From: Fimbriimonadia bacterium
GTDB lineage: Bacteria > Armatimonadota > Fimbriimonadia > Fimbriimonadales > JABRVX01
Reading direction: 5' to 3'
DNA length: 64,000 bases
NCBI GenBank assembly: GCA_041483895.1
Contig: JBGPGO010000005.1
Span: 168,632-232,631 of the forward strand
This document shows positions 36,529 to 51,754 of this stretch, piece by piece. The position numbers and the translations under genes are program-made. The notes beneath the pieces were generated by a model, which had not been told where the DNA came from, did no database searches, and was given only the letters and a program-made list of their open reading frames with translations. Within the stretch, counting starts at the first letter, position 1; each line of letters opens with the position of its first letter.

Positions 36529-37722
36529 ATGGACTTCGCCCTCACCCAGGAACACGACCTGATCCGCCAATCCGCACGCCAGTTCGCCGAACGCGAAATC
36601 GCCCCAGGGATAAGGGAACGCGACCGCGCCGCAAAAGCGGACCCCGAGAGCATCCACAAAATGGGACAGGCCGGACTGCTCGGCGTCTCCATCCCGGCAA
36701 AATACGGGGGCCAAGACACGGATTACATCAGCCTGGGCCTGGTAAGCGAGGAGCTGGAGCGCGTGGACAGCACCGCCCGCGTCGTGATCTCGGTCCACGT
36801 CGGCCTCAACAGCCTCTCCATGCTCCAATGGGGCAACGAGGACCAGCGCCAACGCTTCCTCGTCCCGCAGGCGCGGGGCGAGAAGATCGCCGCCTTCGCC
36901 CTGACCGAACCCAACGCAGGGTCGGACGTGCTGGGAATGCGGTCGACGGCGGTGCGGGACGGCGACCACTACGTGCTGAATGGCGAAAAGACCTGGATCA
37001 GCCTGGCCAACATCGCCGACAACTTCCTGGTGTTCGCCTACACCGACCGGGAGGCGCGGCACCGGGGCATCACGGCCTTCGTCGTCGAGCGCGGGATGGA
37101 CGGTTTTTCCAGCACCGCTATCCACGGAAAGCTGGGCGTTCGGGCGGGCGACACCGGCTCCATCATGTTCCAAGACATGCGGGTGCCATTAGAGAATAGA
37201 ATTGGTGAGGAAGGAGAAGGGTTCAAGATTGCGATGGCAAGCTTAGACAATGGGCGCTATACCGTGGCCGCCGGGTCGGTCGGGATCATCGTCGCATGCT
37301 TAGAGGCCAGCGCCAAATATTGCCACGAGCGCAAAACCGCCGGCGTGGAGATCGGAAAGCACCAGTTGGTGCAGCAAATGATCGCGAACATGGTGGCGGG
37401 CCGGGAGATCGGGCGGCTGCTCTACTACAAAGTGGGGTGGCTGAAAAACAAAGGGGAGCGCTGCACGCGCGAGGTCAGCCTGGCCAAATGGACCAACTGC
37501 AACAACGCCTTCCAGGCCGCCAACGACGCGGTGGAGATTCACGGGGCCTATGGCTATTGCGACGACTTCCCGGTCGAGCGCTACCTTCGCAATTCCCGTG
37601 GCTCCGTAATCTACGAAGGCACGCGGGAGATCCATACCCTGATGCAGGCGGAATACGAACTCGGCTACCGCGAGGACAGACCGCTCAACCACCCACTCCC
37701 TGGCTGGCCCTTTACCGGCTAA
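36529..37722 (+). CDS. Acyl-CoA dehydrogenase
   Basis: FALTEPNAGSD, LNGEKTWIS, LDNGR, GAYGY, IYEGT. Confidence 0.96.
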   Translation: MDFALTQEHDLIRQSARQFAEREIAPGIRERDRAAKADPESIHKMGQAGLLGVSIPAKYGGQDTDYISLGLVSEELERVDSTARVVISVHVGLNSLSMLQWGNEDQRQRFLVPQARGEKIAAFALTEPNAGSDVLGMRSTAVRDGDHYVLNGEKTWISLANIADNFLVFAYTDREARHRGITAFVVERGMDGFSSTAIHGKLGVRAGDTGSIMFQDMRVPLENRIGEEGEGFKIAMASLDNGRYTVAAGSVGIIVACLEASAKYCHERKTAGVEIGKHQLVQQMIANMVAGREIGRLLYYKVGWLKNKGERCTREVSLAKWTNCNNAFQAANDAVEIHGAYGYCDDFPVERYLRNSRGSVIYEGTREIHTLMQAEYELGYREDRPLNHPLPGWPFTG

Positions 37723-38248
37723 CCGTTTCCGCCTTTTCCGGCAGCTTGCGGTCCAGCCGTTCTTTGCCGTTCTGGATCGTGTTCATCACGCGCGACACGG
37801 CCTGCTCCAGTTCGTCCAGCACGTCCACCGCGTACTGGTCCGCCCCGCGTTTCAGCGCCCTAAGCTCGTCCTGCGCCCGGTCCAGCAGTTCCTTGCTCTG
37901 CGCCTGCGAAAGCCGCAATACCTCGCTCTCGTCCACCATCCGCGCCTGCTGAATCGTGGCCTGCTCCACAATCCGCGCAGCATCCACGCGCGCATCTGCG
38001 ACGATCTTCTCCACGTCCTTTAACGCCCGATCCATGTTGGCCTGCGCGTCCTGCTGCGCCCCCGCGATAATCCGCTCGCTCTCCTTGGTCAGCTTGTCCG
38101 CGCTCTTCACCTGTTCCGGCAGCGACGCGCGAATCTTGCTGAGCAGCATGATGCTCTCTTCCCGCTGAAAGCCCCAGTAAAGCCCGAAAAACTGTTTCGG
38201 ATGCTCCAGTTCTGTCCGCAGGTCCTCAATCATCTTCAAAATATCCAT
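37712..38248 (-). CDS. Coiled-coil protein (SepIVA/DivIVA-like), a common coaD neighbour
   Basis: IRASLPEQV, GADQYAVDVL; lies downstream of coaD. Confidence 0.7.
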   Translation of the reverse strand: MDILKMIEDLRTELEHPKQFFGLYWGFQREESIMLLSKIRASLPEQVKSADKLTKESERIIAGAQQDAQANMDRALKDVEKIVADARVDAARIVEQATIQQARMVDESEVLRLSQAQSKELLDRAQDELRALKRGADQYAVDVLDELEQAVSRVMNTIQNGKERLDRKLPEKAETVSR

Positions 38249-38262
38249 GTTCCTCTTCCCTG

Positions 38263-38748
38263 CTATGAAAATCCCAAACGCGCCCGCAATCGTTTCTCCA
38301 CGCTCGCCGGCACCCAACTCGATACATTTCCACCCATCGCCCCGATCTCCTTGACGATGCTGGACGATAGATACGAGTATTCCTGGTTGGTCATCAAAAA
38401 CACCGTCTCGATGCCCGACTCCAACACGCGATTGGCCGCCGCCATCGCCAGCTCATACTCGAAATCCGATACCGCTCGCAGACCCTTCACAATCGCGCAC
38501 GCGCCTTGATCGACCGCGAATTGTATAAGTAGGCCGTCGAAAGATTGTACACTAACGTTCGCGAGCGGCGCGCAACATTCCCGCAGCATCTCCACCCGTT
38601 CTTCGACAGAGAACAGCGTGCCTTTCGCCGGGTTCGTGCCCACCCCTACAACCAGGCGATCGTATTGGGCGGAGGCGCGCTGGATGATATCCAAATGCCC
38701 CATGGTGGGAGGGTCGAAACTGCCGGGACAGACGGCGATACGGCTCAT
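38263..38748 (-). CDS. coaD: Phosphopantetheine adenylyltransferase
   Basis: PGSFDPPTMGH, KGLRAVSDFEYE, SSSIVKE. Confidence 0.98.
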   Translation of the reverse strand: MSRIAVCPGSFDPPTMGHLDIIQRASAQYDRLVVGVGTNPAKGTLFSVEERVEMLRECCAPLANVSVQSFDGLLIQFAVDQGACAIVKGLRAVSDFEYELAMAAANRVLESGIETVFLMTNQEYSYLSSSIVKEIGAMGGNVSSWVPASVEKRLRARLGFS

Positions 38749-38758
38749 AGAACCTATT

Positions 38759-39481
38759 TTAGCCCGGAAACTTCGGTTCGGAGTCGAACCCGGCCATCGG
38801 TTTCTGCGGCTTTGCCATCGGGAGGGGTTTAGAAGACTTTGTCGCCACAACCGCCGCATCGATAACTGAGTACAACCAGACGACAAAACTGACGAACAGC
38901 GCCATCGTGACGTAGAAGTCCAACCCTCCGCTTTTTAGGCGCGCGCCCGCAGCGAGATGGAGCATATTATTAATCGAGGCGCTGAAGCTGGCATTGGTAA
39001 GGCAGACGATCGCGAGCACAACGGAGATACCGAGAATTATCCCGCCCTTTACCGTCTGCCCATTGTAAATCTGCCCCGATCCGGGGATAACCAGACCCAT
39101 CAAGAGCGCCATGCCGGGCTTTCTCGGAGGTCCGTATTGTTGCTTTGCCAGCTCGGGATTCGCGAGAATCATCTCCATCCGTTCCCGTTCGAACCGCTTT
39201 TCTTGAAGTTGGAAGACAGCCGAAGCGTGCTTTTTATCCGCGCTCACTCGCCCCGGCTCCAATTCCAGCGCCTTGGCGAATGCGTCCCGCGCTTCCTCAA
39301 CCTGCCCGATCTCCATCAGCATGTCGCCCTTGGATTCCCACACGGCGGGATCGTCGGGCGCCAGGTCGGCAGCGCGGCGCAAAAGCTCGGCCGCGGTCCC
39401 CTTGTCGCCCCGCATCTGCTGAATGTGGGACTCTCGCAGCAACCTCTCGACCTCGGCGGATTGTGGCTTCAGCGGATCCAA
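38759..39481 (-). CDS. TPR-repeat membrane protein with a TM2-like segment
   Basis: AFAKALELEP TPR; PGSGQIYNGQTVKG followed by TM helices. Confidence 0.8.
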   Translation of the reverse strand: MDPLKPQSAEVERLLRESHIQQMRGDKGTAAELLRRAADLAPDDPAVWESKGDMLMEIGQVEEARDAFAKALELEPGRVSADKKHASAVFQLQEKRFERERMEMILANPELAKQQYGPPRKPGMALLMGLVIPGSGQIYNGQTVKGGIILGISVVLAIVCLTNASFSASINNMLHLAAGARLKSGGLDFYVTMALFVSFVVWLYSVIDAAVVATKSSKPLPMAKPQKPMAGFDSEPKFPG

Positions 39482-39835
39482 TTAGGGTTCCGCCCTCATC
39501 TCTTCTATCATGGGCATACGGCTCCAAAACTGTTCAAGCCCATAGTATTGACGTTGGTCGGCCTGCATAACGTGCACAATCACGTCGCCAAAATCCAATA
39601 AAACCCAGGTGGCCTGTGGCAGCCCCTCCAGCCCGATGTGTCTCACCTTTGCGTCCTTGAGATCTCGTTGGACGCGTTCGGTAATGGCTTTGACATGTAC
39701 GTCGGAAGTCCCGGAGCAGATGATGAGATAGTCGGCGAGGCTGGTCTTGCCCTGAATGTCGATGACATTGATTTCGACCGCCTTGCCTTCCTCCATGGAT
39801 GCCACAATGTTGTCGCGTAGCTGTTCTGAAGTCAT
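39482..39835 (-). CDS. rsfS: Ribosome silencing factor
   Basis: ADYLIICSGTS, WVLLDFGDVIVHVM, YYGLEQFW. Confidence 0.96.
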   Translation of the reverse strand: MTSEQLRDNIVASMEEGKAVEINVIDIQGKTSLADYLIICSGTSDVHVKAITERVQRDLKDAKVRHIGLEGLPQATWVLLDFGDVIVHVMQADQRQYYGLEQFWSRMPMIEEMRAEP

Positions 39836-39846
39836 TCCCCTAGAGA

Positions 39847-40452
39847 TTACCCGCTCTTGCCGTATAGCTTGTGTTCCAGGATGAACCGTTCGACCCGCTC
39901 CGGAACGAGGCCGTGCGGCCCTCCCCCCGCCCGAATCTCCGTGGACGACACCTCCAGCACCGGAACATGCAATTGCCCGATCTGTCCGATTCGTCCGATA
40001 GGTCCGATCCATTCCGCCGGTAGCTTGGATTGCAGGGCCCTCCAGGATACGCCGCCGCGCTCCACAGCCACGACACGGCACAGCGACAGGAGCGCATCCG
40101 GCTCGCGCCAATCGGGCAGGGTGAGCAGCGAATCGGTGCCGGTCAGGAACCACCACCGGTATCCTGGATGGCTGCGTGTCAGCGCGCGCACAGTATCGAT
40201 GGAGTAGCTGAGCGCGGGCCGAACCAGCTCTAGGTCGCACACCCGCAGCAATGCATCCCCTTCGGCGGCGAGCCGGCACATCGCCAATCTTTCTTCACCG
40301 GAAGCATCGGGGTCTGGCTTCAACGGCTGCCGATTCGCGGGGATAATCCATACTTCGGCCAACCCCAACTCCCGCGCGGATTCTCTTGCCAACCGTAAAT
40401 GTCCGTTGTGAATGGGATCGAAACTGCCACCCAAAACGCCTGCGTCGATCAC
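39847..40452 (-). CDS. nadD: Nicotinate-nucleotide adenylyltransferase
   Basis: GGSFDPIHNGH, SYSIDT, GTDS, VSSTEIR. Confidence 0.95.
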   Translation of the reverse strand: MIDAGVLGGSFDPIHNGHLRLARESARELGLAEVWIIPANRQPLKPDPDASGEERLAMCRLAAEGDALLRVCDLELVRPALSYSIDTVRALTRSHPGYRWWFLTGTDSLLTLPDWREPDALLSLCRVVAVERGGVSWRALQSKLPAEWIGPIGRIGQIGQLHVPVLEVSSTEIRAGGGPHGLVPERVERFILEHKLYGKSG

Positions 40453-40473
40453 GGATGAGCCCCCCCGACAGGC

Positions 40474-40620
40474 GATGTGTTTGGGTCCTCGCCCGCCGCA
40501 ACGAAACTGATGCCACTGGCCCAAGACCCAAACACGGGCGGGGGATGAAATGTGGATGATGTGTTTGGGTCCTCGCCCGCCGGAACGTAACTCACGCAGC
40601 AAACCCAAGACCCAAACACA

Positions 40621-40622
<2 letters not shown>
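40474..40622. repeat. Two tandem ~62-65-bp MITE/REP-like units (84-nt period) with terminal inverted repeats
   Basis: GATGTGTTTGGGTCCTCGCCCGCCG at 40474 and 40558, each closed by GACCCAAACAC(ATC). Confidence 0.8.
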
Positions 40623-45781
<5,159 letters not shown>

Positions 45782-45873
45782 TTCCATCCACTGCTGTGCC
45801 AACACAAGCACATTGTGGACGCTGAATTGCCGCCTGACGAACAGTGCGAAACGTAGGCTTGCTGGGCCAGACC

Positions 45874-46347
45874 TCAGCTCGCTGCTTTCTTCACGAGCGC
45901 GGCGATTCGTTTCTCGTCGGCCGCTGTCAACTTCGTCAGCGCGAAGGCGATCGGCCACATCGCGCCATCGTCGATCTTCGCGCTGTCGTTAAAGCCGAGC
46001 GTCATGTACCTCTCGCTGAACTTCTCCGCGCCGCGAAAGAACAAAACAACCTTGCCGTCCTTGTTGGCATAGGCGGGCATCCCGTACCAGGTCTTCGGCG
46101 AGAGGGCCGGCGCGTTGGATTTGATAATCGCATGGAGCCGCTCGCCTATGGCCCGAGACGACGCCGGCATCGCGGCGATCGACGCGAGCAGTTCGCTTTC
46201 CCCGTCCGCCTTGCGCGCTTCCGCCTTCAGCTCCTTGGCGCGCGCCCTCATCGCGGCTTTTTCCGCATCCGTGAACCCCTGATTCTTGTCCGGGCGCGGG
46301 CGGGGCTTTTTCTGATCGGGAGTCGTCTCTTCCTTGGCTTTTTTCAT
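45874..46347 (-). CDS. DUF1801 (YdhG-like) protein
   Basis: [15 protein letters not shown]...ERYMTLGF...MWPIAFAL. Confidence 0.85.
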   Translation of the reverse strand: MKKAKEETTPDQKKPRPRPDKNQGFTDAEKAAMRARAKELKAEARKADGESELLASIAAMPASSRAIGERLHAIIKSNAPALSPKTWYGMPAYANKDGKVVLFFRGAEKFSERYMTLGFNDSAKIDDGAMWPIAFALTKLTAADEKRIAALVKKAAS

Positions 46348-46364
46348 ACGTTACTCTTTCAAAG

Positions 46365-46452
46365 TGGCGGAGCGAGTAGGATTCGAACCCACGTTCCATT
46401 GCTGGAAAACGGTTTTCAAGACCGCCGCCTTAAACCACTCAGCCATCGCTCC
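46365..46452 (-). tRNA. tRNA-Ser (TGA)
   Basis: Acceptor stem GGAGCGA/TCGCTCC, anticodon loop CT-TGA-AA, long variable arm, GGTTCGAATCC and encoded CCA. Confidence 0.96.
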
Positions 46453-46511
46453 GCAAAAAACGCGGCCACTTGGGAATTCTCGTAGAAAACACCTGCCAAG
46501 CGGGGCCGCGG

Positions 46512-47615
46512 CTACTTGCTATACGGCGAACAGAGCGGGTCCCCGACCACGATATCCTTCCACTTGAGCAGTGGCGTCGCCATGTAGAAGCTTTCGGCCA
46601 AATTATACCCGGAGGTGTAACGATCGAACAGGATGCTGGCCGGGCACAGGGCTATCGTATAGGGCTCCGACACATACCCCTTCACTCCCGTCACGCCCCC
46701 TGCGATCAGGTCCGCAATCAGGCTCTGGCCGGTCGAAGTGGGCCACATGGTCCGCCCGCTGGTGCTGACCGCCGTTTCGGCGATCGCACCAGGAGCAAAC
46801 GTAATGGCCTTATACGCGCCGGTATCAAAACTGTAGTCGTTGCTTCCCCACGAATAATATCCGGCGAGATTGGTGCGGCGACCCATGAATGCCTTGGTGT
46901 CCTCCAGATAAGAGTCCAGCCCCTTGGATTTCACGATCGCCGCGGCCTTCTTCATCGAATCGTTGATCATGTCGTATCCGGCGCCATTGCGCCGCGGGTC
47001 CTCATCGAACAAGAAGGTGCCCTTCGAAGGTTTCGCGGCCATCGAGTTATCCACCAGCTTCATTGCATCCTCGACCGTGTAGCCGTCCAGCCGCGTCACC
47101 AGGTAGAAGCCGTATTTGGCCTTGGAAAAGTGCTCACTCTTGTTGAAATAGGGGTTGGCGGCCTTTTGGAAGCTGGCCGGCTTGGTGTCGGGAATCGCGT
47201 CGAATTTCATCTCCATCGTCGCGAGGAACGCATCAACAGAGTAGCCGCCGCCGGTGATGCGCAGAGGGATGCCTTTCGTGAGGACAATGTAATCGATGCG
47301 ATTCTTCAGCGTGTTTACCGTGAGGAATCTCTCGATCGGACTCTCGATGTGCATCTTGTACGAATCGAGCGAAACCTCTTCATTCGGCGCGATCTCAATG
47401 TCGATAACATTGGATATCGGAATGCCGCGTTTCTGAATGTAGTATTCGGCAATGCGCTTGGCTGTGGGACTGGCAACATTCTTGACAACCAGCACGTGGG
47501 ATTCCGGCCCGGTCGAGACAGGCGCAACGTCGGCCTTCTCCCTGTTTTGGACAGCCGAAACCTCAGGCGTACAGCCAAATGCCATCAGCATGGCGAAAAG
47601 CGCCAACGGATACAT
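46512..47615 (-). CDS. TIGR03790-family lipoprotein (exosortase-associated)
   Basis: Lipobox AFGC; IAEYY...RGIP, YIVLTKGIPL, YLVTRLDG, YYSWGSND, GYVSEPY, VGDPL. Confidence 0.85.
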   Translation of the reverse strand: MYPLALFAMLMAFGCTPEVSAVQNREKADVAPVSTGPESHVLVVKNVASPTAKRIAEYYIQKRGIPISNVIDIEIAPNEEVSLDSYKMHIESPIERFLTVNTLKNRIDYIVLTKGIPLRITGGGYSVDAFLATMEMKFDAIPDTKPASFQKAANPYFNKSEHFSKAKYGFYLVTRLDGYTVEDAMKLVDNSMAAKPSKGTFLFDEDPRRNGAGYDMINDSMKKAAAIVKSKGLDSYLEDTKAFMGRRTNLAGYYSWGSNDYSFDTGAYKAITFAPGAIAETAVSTSGRTMWPTSTGQSLIADLIAGGVTGVKGYVSEPYTIALCPASILFDRYTSGYNLAESFYMATPLLKWKDIVVGDPLCSPYSK

Positions 47616-47753
47616 AAGAACTACCCTCTTGATCAAGCGTGCACGAACAGGTAATACGGCCATCATGCCCTCGCGGTTAGCCAGGCAAAAGATACAAATG
47701 AGGAAAACCAGCTAGCAGCAGGATACCACGACGCGAACTATCAGTCCAGGGTG

Positions 47754-48941
47754 TTAGGCTACTTTTGTCTCGGGTATTTGCTGGAATTGCCCGATGGCGT
47801 GGACGGCCGCCGTATCCATCCCCGTCATCAGCTCATCGTACAACTGTTCGATGATTGCGGACTGCCGTTCGATATCGTGGAGTCGCGTGACCCTCTCCCT
47901 CGCGGCTTCACCCATCACTTCCCACAATTGCGGGCTGTCGGCCAAGAGAAGGATGGACTCGGCCAGAGCGTCCACATCGTGCTCGTCGACGAGGAACCCG
48001 GTCACCCGCTCTTGGACCAACTCCGGGATTCCGGAATGCCTGGTGGAAATCACGGGCAGGCCGCGCGCCATCGCCTCCATTACCGTCGCCGGGATGCCTT
48101 CCCGGTCCCCGTCCGGCGCGGTGACGCTGGGCTGAATGTAGATTTGTGTTTCCGAAAGGATCTGCGCCACTTCTTGGAGGGGAATATGACCGGTTAAGAC
48201 CACCTCGCTGCGAAGGTGGCTATTTGCAATCTGCTGTTCGATGGCGGGGCGCAGCGGGCCGTCGCCGACGAGGAACAGCTCCAACCCGGGGCGGTCCACC
48301 GTGGCCCTGCGGAATGCCTCGATGAGGTCGCTTAGCCCTTTTTTGGGCCGGAAGCCTGCCACGCAGGTGATCCGGGTCGTCGGCCCCGGTTTCGGCGGCT
48401 GGAAGGCAAACTGATTGAGATCGATCCCAACCCGCACCGTCTGGACCTTTTCGGACGGACAGCCCAGCGAGATAAGGTGCATCCTCATGTGGTTGGAGAC
48501 GGCGAGAATTCGAGTTGCGCGTTGGAACAGGGTGCGCAGGTATTTGCCGGCCAACCCGCAGTACAGGTTCGGAAACCGATACGCGTCGTGGCCGTGAAAG
48601 GTAACCAACAAAGGAAGGTCCGCGGCGGATGCGACCGGCTGGTAGTACAAGGCGTCCGTCCCGAAATGGACGTGCATGAGGCCGATATCACGGCAGATCA
48701 TCTCCATGGAGTACCAATCGAGCATGGGTCCGCTGAGCCGCCGGTACCAGGTCAGCCTTCGGGCCAGGCCGTCTCCCAGAGCGGCAGGAGGCGAGCCGAT
48801 GGGGTATTTGTATTCAAATCGGTCCGTTACGGTATCGGCAAACGCCATCGGCCGGTGGCGTCGAAGGGCGCAGACATGGTTATCTATGGCCGTCTCAGTC
48901 CCGCCCAACCAGACCCGTTTGAACTGCGCTACGTTTGGCAT
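47754..48941 (-). CDS. Glycosyltransferase family 4 (WcaL-like)
   Basis: HVHFG, VTFHGHD, KKG, DGDREGIPATVMEAMARGLPV. Confidence 0.93.
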   Translation of the reverse strand: MPNVAQFKRVWLGGTETAIDNHVCALRRHRPMAFADTVTDRFEYKYPIGSPPAALGDGLARRLTWYRRLSGPMLDWYSMEMICRDIGLMHVHFGTDALYYQPVASAADLPLLVTFHGHDAYRFPNLYCGLAGKYLRTLFQRATRILAVSNHMRMHLISLGCPSEKVQTVRVGIDLNQFAFQPPKPGPTTRITCVAGFRPKKGLSDLIEAFRRATVDRPGLELFLVGDGPLRPAIEQQIANSHLRSEVVLTGHIPLQEVAQILSETQIYIQPSVTAPDGDREGIPATVMEAMARGLPVISTRHSGIPELVQERVTGFLVDEHDVDALAESILLLADSPQLWEVMGEAARERVTRLHDIERQSAIIEQLYDELMTGMDTAAVHAIGQFQQIPETKVA

Positions 48942-48965
48942 GATTCCTCTCTCAGTCCGTCCCCG

Positions 48966-49164
48966 GTAGCCGCACGCTTCAGCTTGCGTCCCATCTCCAG
49001 CGGCACGCCGCGAAATGCGCAAGCTAATGCATGCGGCTACCGGAGAACCTGACAACCCGGTTCAATTATCGGCAAAATTGGCGCAGGCTAAAGCCTGCGG
49101 CCACAATCCTGGCTACCGGACGGCCTCAAACCGGTTTAGGACGCAGGCTAAAGCCTGCGGCTGC
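48966..49164. repeat. REP cluster, family E (GTAGCCGCAGGCTTTAGCCTGCG type), four copies
   Basis: 48966-48988 forward; 49018-49040, 49082-49104 and 49142-49164 inverted; GTAG foot plus hairpin. Confidence 0.85.
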
Positions 49165-49182
49165 CGTGCTATAATTGCCCCA

Positions 49183-50298
49183 ATGCTGACGGCGACTCGA
49201 ACGCAGTTGAGGGTCCAACCCGTCGAAGGGAAGGACGCCCTCGATCGCTTGCGAAGCGAATGGTATCGTCTGGAAGAGGAAGGGGCCGCGGAAACCTTCT
49301 TTCAGACGTGGGACTGGAATTTCCTATGGTGGAAGCACTTCTGCGGTTCCAAGAAGCTGCACCTGACCACCCTCTGCGCCGATGATCGCGTGGTCGCCAT
49401 CTCCCCGAACTATCTCGATGGTACGATTCTTCCCGTCATGCGCTGGATCGGTTCGGGAAGTTCGGACTACCTGGGAATGGTTGTCCATCCGAAGGACGAG
49501 GAAGAGGCCGCACGCCATTTTCGAAGCTACCTGCAAGAAGATGCGCCCATCCGCATGGCGGATCTCCACCAAATCTCCCACCCTTCGCCGCTGGCCGATG
49601 AATTCAGCGATACCTGCTTCGAACAGGCCAAAACGGTTCGATTGAGACTGCCGGGAAGCTGGACGGAGTACCAAGGAACCCTTTCCGCAAAAATGCGCTC
49701 AAACGTCAAACGGGCCGTCCGCGACGCCGAGGCAGCGGGAGCAACGGTGCGGTTGGCGCCGCGGGCTGAGGTGGACAAAGCCATGAGCACCCTGTTTCGC
49801 CTCCACGGTCAAAGGTGGCGCTCGCGCGGTCTGCCAGGCTCCTTTGCAACCGGCGCAACAAAGCGATTCCATGCGGATTGGGCGAGAGTTGCTTCGGACA
49901 GGAACATGCTGCGGCTGTACATTTTGGAGGTCGCCGGGAAAGCCCTGGGGGCCCTGTACTGTCTCCGCTATCGGGACACGTATTACTATTATCAGGCGGG
50001 ATTCGATCCGAGGTCCGCTAGACTGAGCCCGGGAACGGTGCTCGTAGCGCGAGCCATTCAGGACGCGATCGCGGAAGGCTGCAAGGAGTTCGATTTTCTC
50101 CGCGGGGAGGAATGGTATAAGTCGAGGTGGAAACCTACAGAGACCCACGTAAATGTGCGTGCGACAGTGCCGATTCGGGGGACGGGCAGCCGTTGGTATT
50201 GTAACTGGCTGCGCAAGACGCATGAGGTTGAATTGGCTTTGAGGCGGCGTTTTGAGGGGGGCAGCCTGTGGCGGGCGCCAAAACAGGAGCAAGGGTGA
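49183..50298 (+). CDS. GNAT acetyltransferase, CelD/BcsL-like
   Basis: FQTWDW, SDY, YYYYQAGFD...LSPG...FDFLRGEEWYK. Confidence 0.9.
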   Translation: MLTATRTQLRVQPVEGKDALDRLRSEWYRLEEEGAAETFFQTWDWNFLWWKHFCGSKKLHLTTLCADDRVVAISPNYLDGTILPVMRWIGSGSSDYLGMVVHPKDEEEAARHFRSYLQEDAPIRMADLHQISHPSPLADEFSDTCFEQAKTVRLRLPGSWTEYQGTLSAKMRSNVKRAVRDAEAAGATVRLAPRAEVDKAMSTLFRLHGQRWRSRGLPGSFATGATKRFHADWARVASDRNMLRLYILEVAGKALGALYCLRYRDTYYYYQAGFDPRSARLSPGTVLVARAIQDAIAEGCKEFDFLRGEEWYKSRWKPTETHVNVRATVPIRGTGSRWYCNWLRKTHEVELALRRRFEGGSLWRAPKQEQG

Positions 50299-51029
50299 AA
50301 ATAAAAGCGTTCAGACTGACATTTCTGGTGATGGCGGCAGCGGGCGCCGTGTTCTCGTCCGGCTGCAAAAGCACCGCCCTCATGTCCAAGCAGGACGAGA
50401 TCAAGATTGGCGAGCAGGGATCGGTCGAGGTCGAGAAGCAATACAAACTCGACCGGAATCCTGCCGACCAAGAGATGATCCAGAGCATCGGCAAAAAACT
50501 CCTCGCTTCAAACAAGATTGCGGATTACCCGTATACCTTCAAAGTCCTCGATTCAAAAGAGGTCAACGCTTTCTCATTGCCGGGCGGCCCGGTCTACGTG
50601 TTCAAAGGCCTGGTAGACCTGACGGAAGGCGATGAAGACGAGTTGGCATCGGTTGTCGCGCACGAAATGGGGCATATCGTCCACCGGCATGTGGCCAAGC
50701 AGTACACGCAGGGGTTCTGGCTCGACCTTCTCGTGACGTTGGGCACCCGCGGCGCGGCCCAGGATATCGCCAATATCGGCTCTCTGATGGCGCAGCTTCA
50801 TTTCAGCCGGGAAGATGAATATGAGGCAGACCGATCGGGCATCTTATACACCCATAACGCCGGGTACGACCCCAACGGCATGATCCGATTTTTCCAGAAG
50901 CTCCAACGTGGCGAGGGCAAGTCGAACGATTTCGATAAGATCCTGCGAACCCACCCACTGACCAAGGACCGAATCGACAAGGCGAAACAGGAAATCGCCA
51001 AAGTGTCAGGGAGTCCGAAGCAGCCATGA
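50295..51029 (+). CDS. M48 family metallopeptidase lipoprotein
   Basis: Lipobox SSGC; NAFSLPGG, HEMGH, EYEAD, THP. Confidence 0.93.
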   Translation: MKIKAFRLTFLVMAAAGAVFSSGCKSTALMSKQDEIKIGEQGSVEVEKQYKLDRNPADQEMIQSIGKKLLASNKIADYPYTFKVLDSKEVNAFSLPGGPVYVFKGLVDLTEGDEDELASVVAHEMGHIVHRHVAKQYTQGFWLDLLVTLGTRGAAQDIANIGSLMAQLHFSREDEYEADRSGILYTHNAGYDPNGMIRFFQKLQRGEGKSNDFDKILRTHPLTKDRIDKAKQEIAKVSGSPKQP

Positions 51030-51754
51030 GGGTCGCCTGCGTGATCCCCGCCTATAACGAAGAAAAGCGGATCCGAAGCGTGTTGGATGTCGTGACCCGC
51101 TGCAAGATCGTCAACGAGGTGATCGTGGTTAGCGACGGATCGTCTGACGGCACCTTTTCCATTGCCCGGTCCATTCCGGGCGTTCGGGTGTATGCGCTCC
51201 CAAAGAACGTAGGCAAGGGGGCGGCTATGCGCGCCGGCGCAAGCCTCACCAATGCTGACATCTTGCTGTTCCTTGACGCCGATCTGATCCGCCTAACGCC
51301 CGATCACGTCGGCGACCTCGTTCGGCCGGTCCTTTCCGGCGAAGTGACAATGGCCATTGGCAAGTTTCGTGGCGGCAGGTTCCTCACGGACCTGGCGCAG
51401 GCCGTTTCCCCAAACATCAGTGGGCAGCGGGCGGTCCAGCGCGATTGCTTTCTTCGGGTGCCGAAGCTGACGACAGCGCGAATGGACGTGGAAGTGCGCA
51501 TCAACATGTTCGCTCGGAGCCGCCTCTGGAAAATCCGCACGGTGCCGCTCTACGGCGTAACCCACCCGCTCAAGGAAGAGAAGCTCGGATTTGTTCGAGG
51601 GGCGTGGTCGAGGGCGAAAATGTACCGGGATATTGCCTTCGCGGTCGTCTTCGATCGGCAAGCCCAAAAGGAAACAATCGACATCGAAGCGTTTGCCGCG
51701 GCTTCATTGGAACGCGAGCGCCTCCGCCAGTACGCCGTCAAACCGCCGAACTAG
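51026..51754 (+). CDS. Glycosyltransferase family 2
   Basis: VIPAYNEE, DGSSD, GKGAA, FLDAD. Confidence 0.93.
   Translation: MRVACVIPAYNEEKRIRSVLDVVTRCKIVNEVIVVSDGSSDGTFSIARSIPGVRVYALPKNVGKGAAMRAGASLTNADILLFLDADLIRLTPDHVGDLVRPVLSGEVTMAIGKFRGGRFLTDLAQAVSPNISGQRAVQRDCFLRVPKLTTARMDVEVRINMFARSRLWKIRTVPLYGVTHPLKEEKLGFVRGAWSRAKMYRDIAFAVVFDRQAQKETIDIEAFAAASLERERLRQYAVKPPN

Noticed and set aside
47754..49182. N-terminal extensions of the GT4 and GNAT ORFs containing repeated AKACG/AEACG peptides
   Set aside because: These are intergenic REPs read through by the ORF caller; the likely starts are 48941 and 49183. The same over-extension applies to nadD and the acyl-CoA dehydrogenase.
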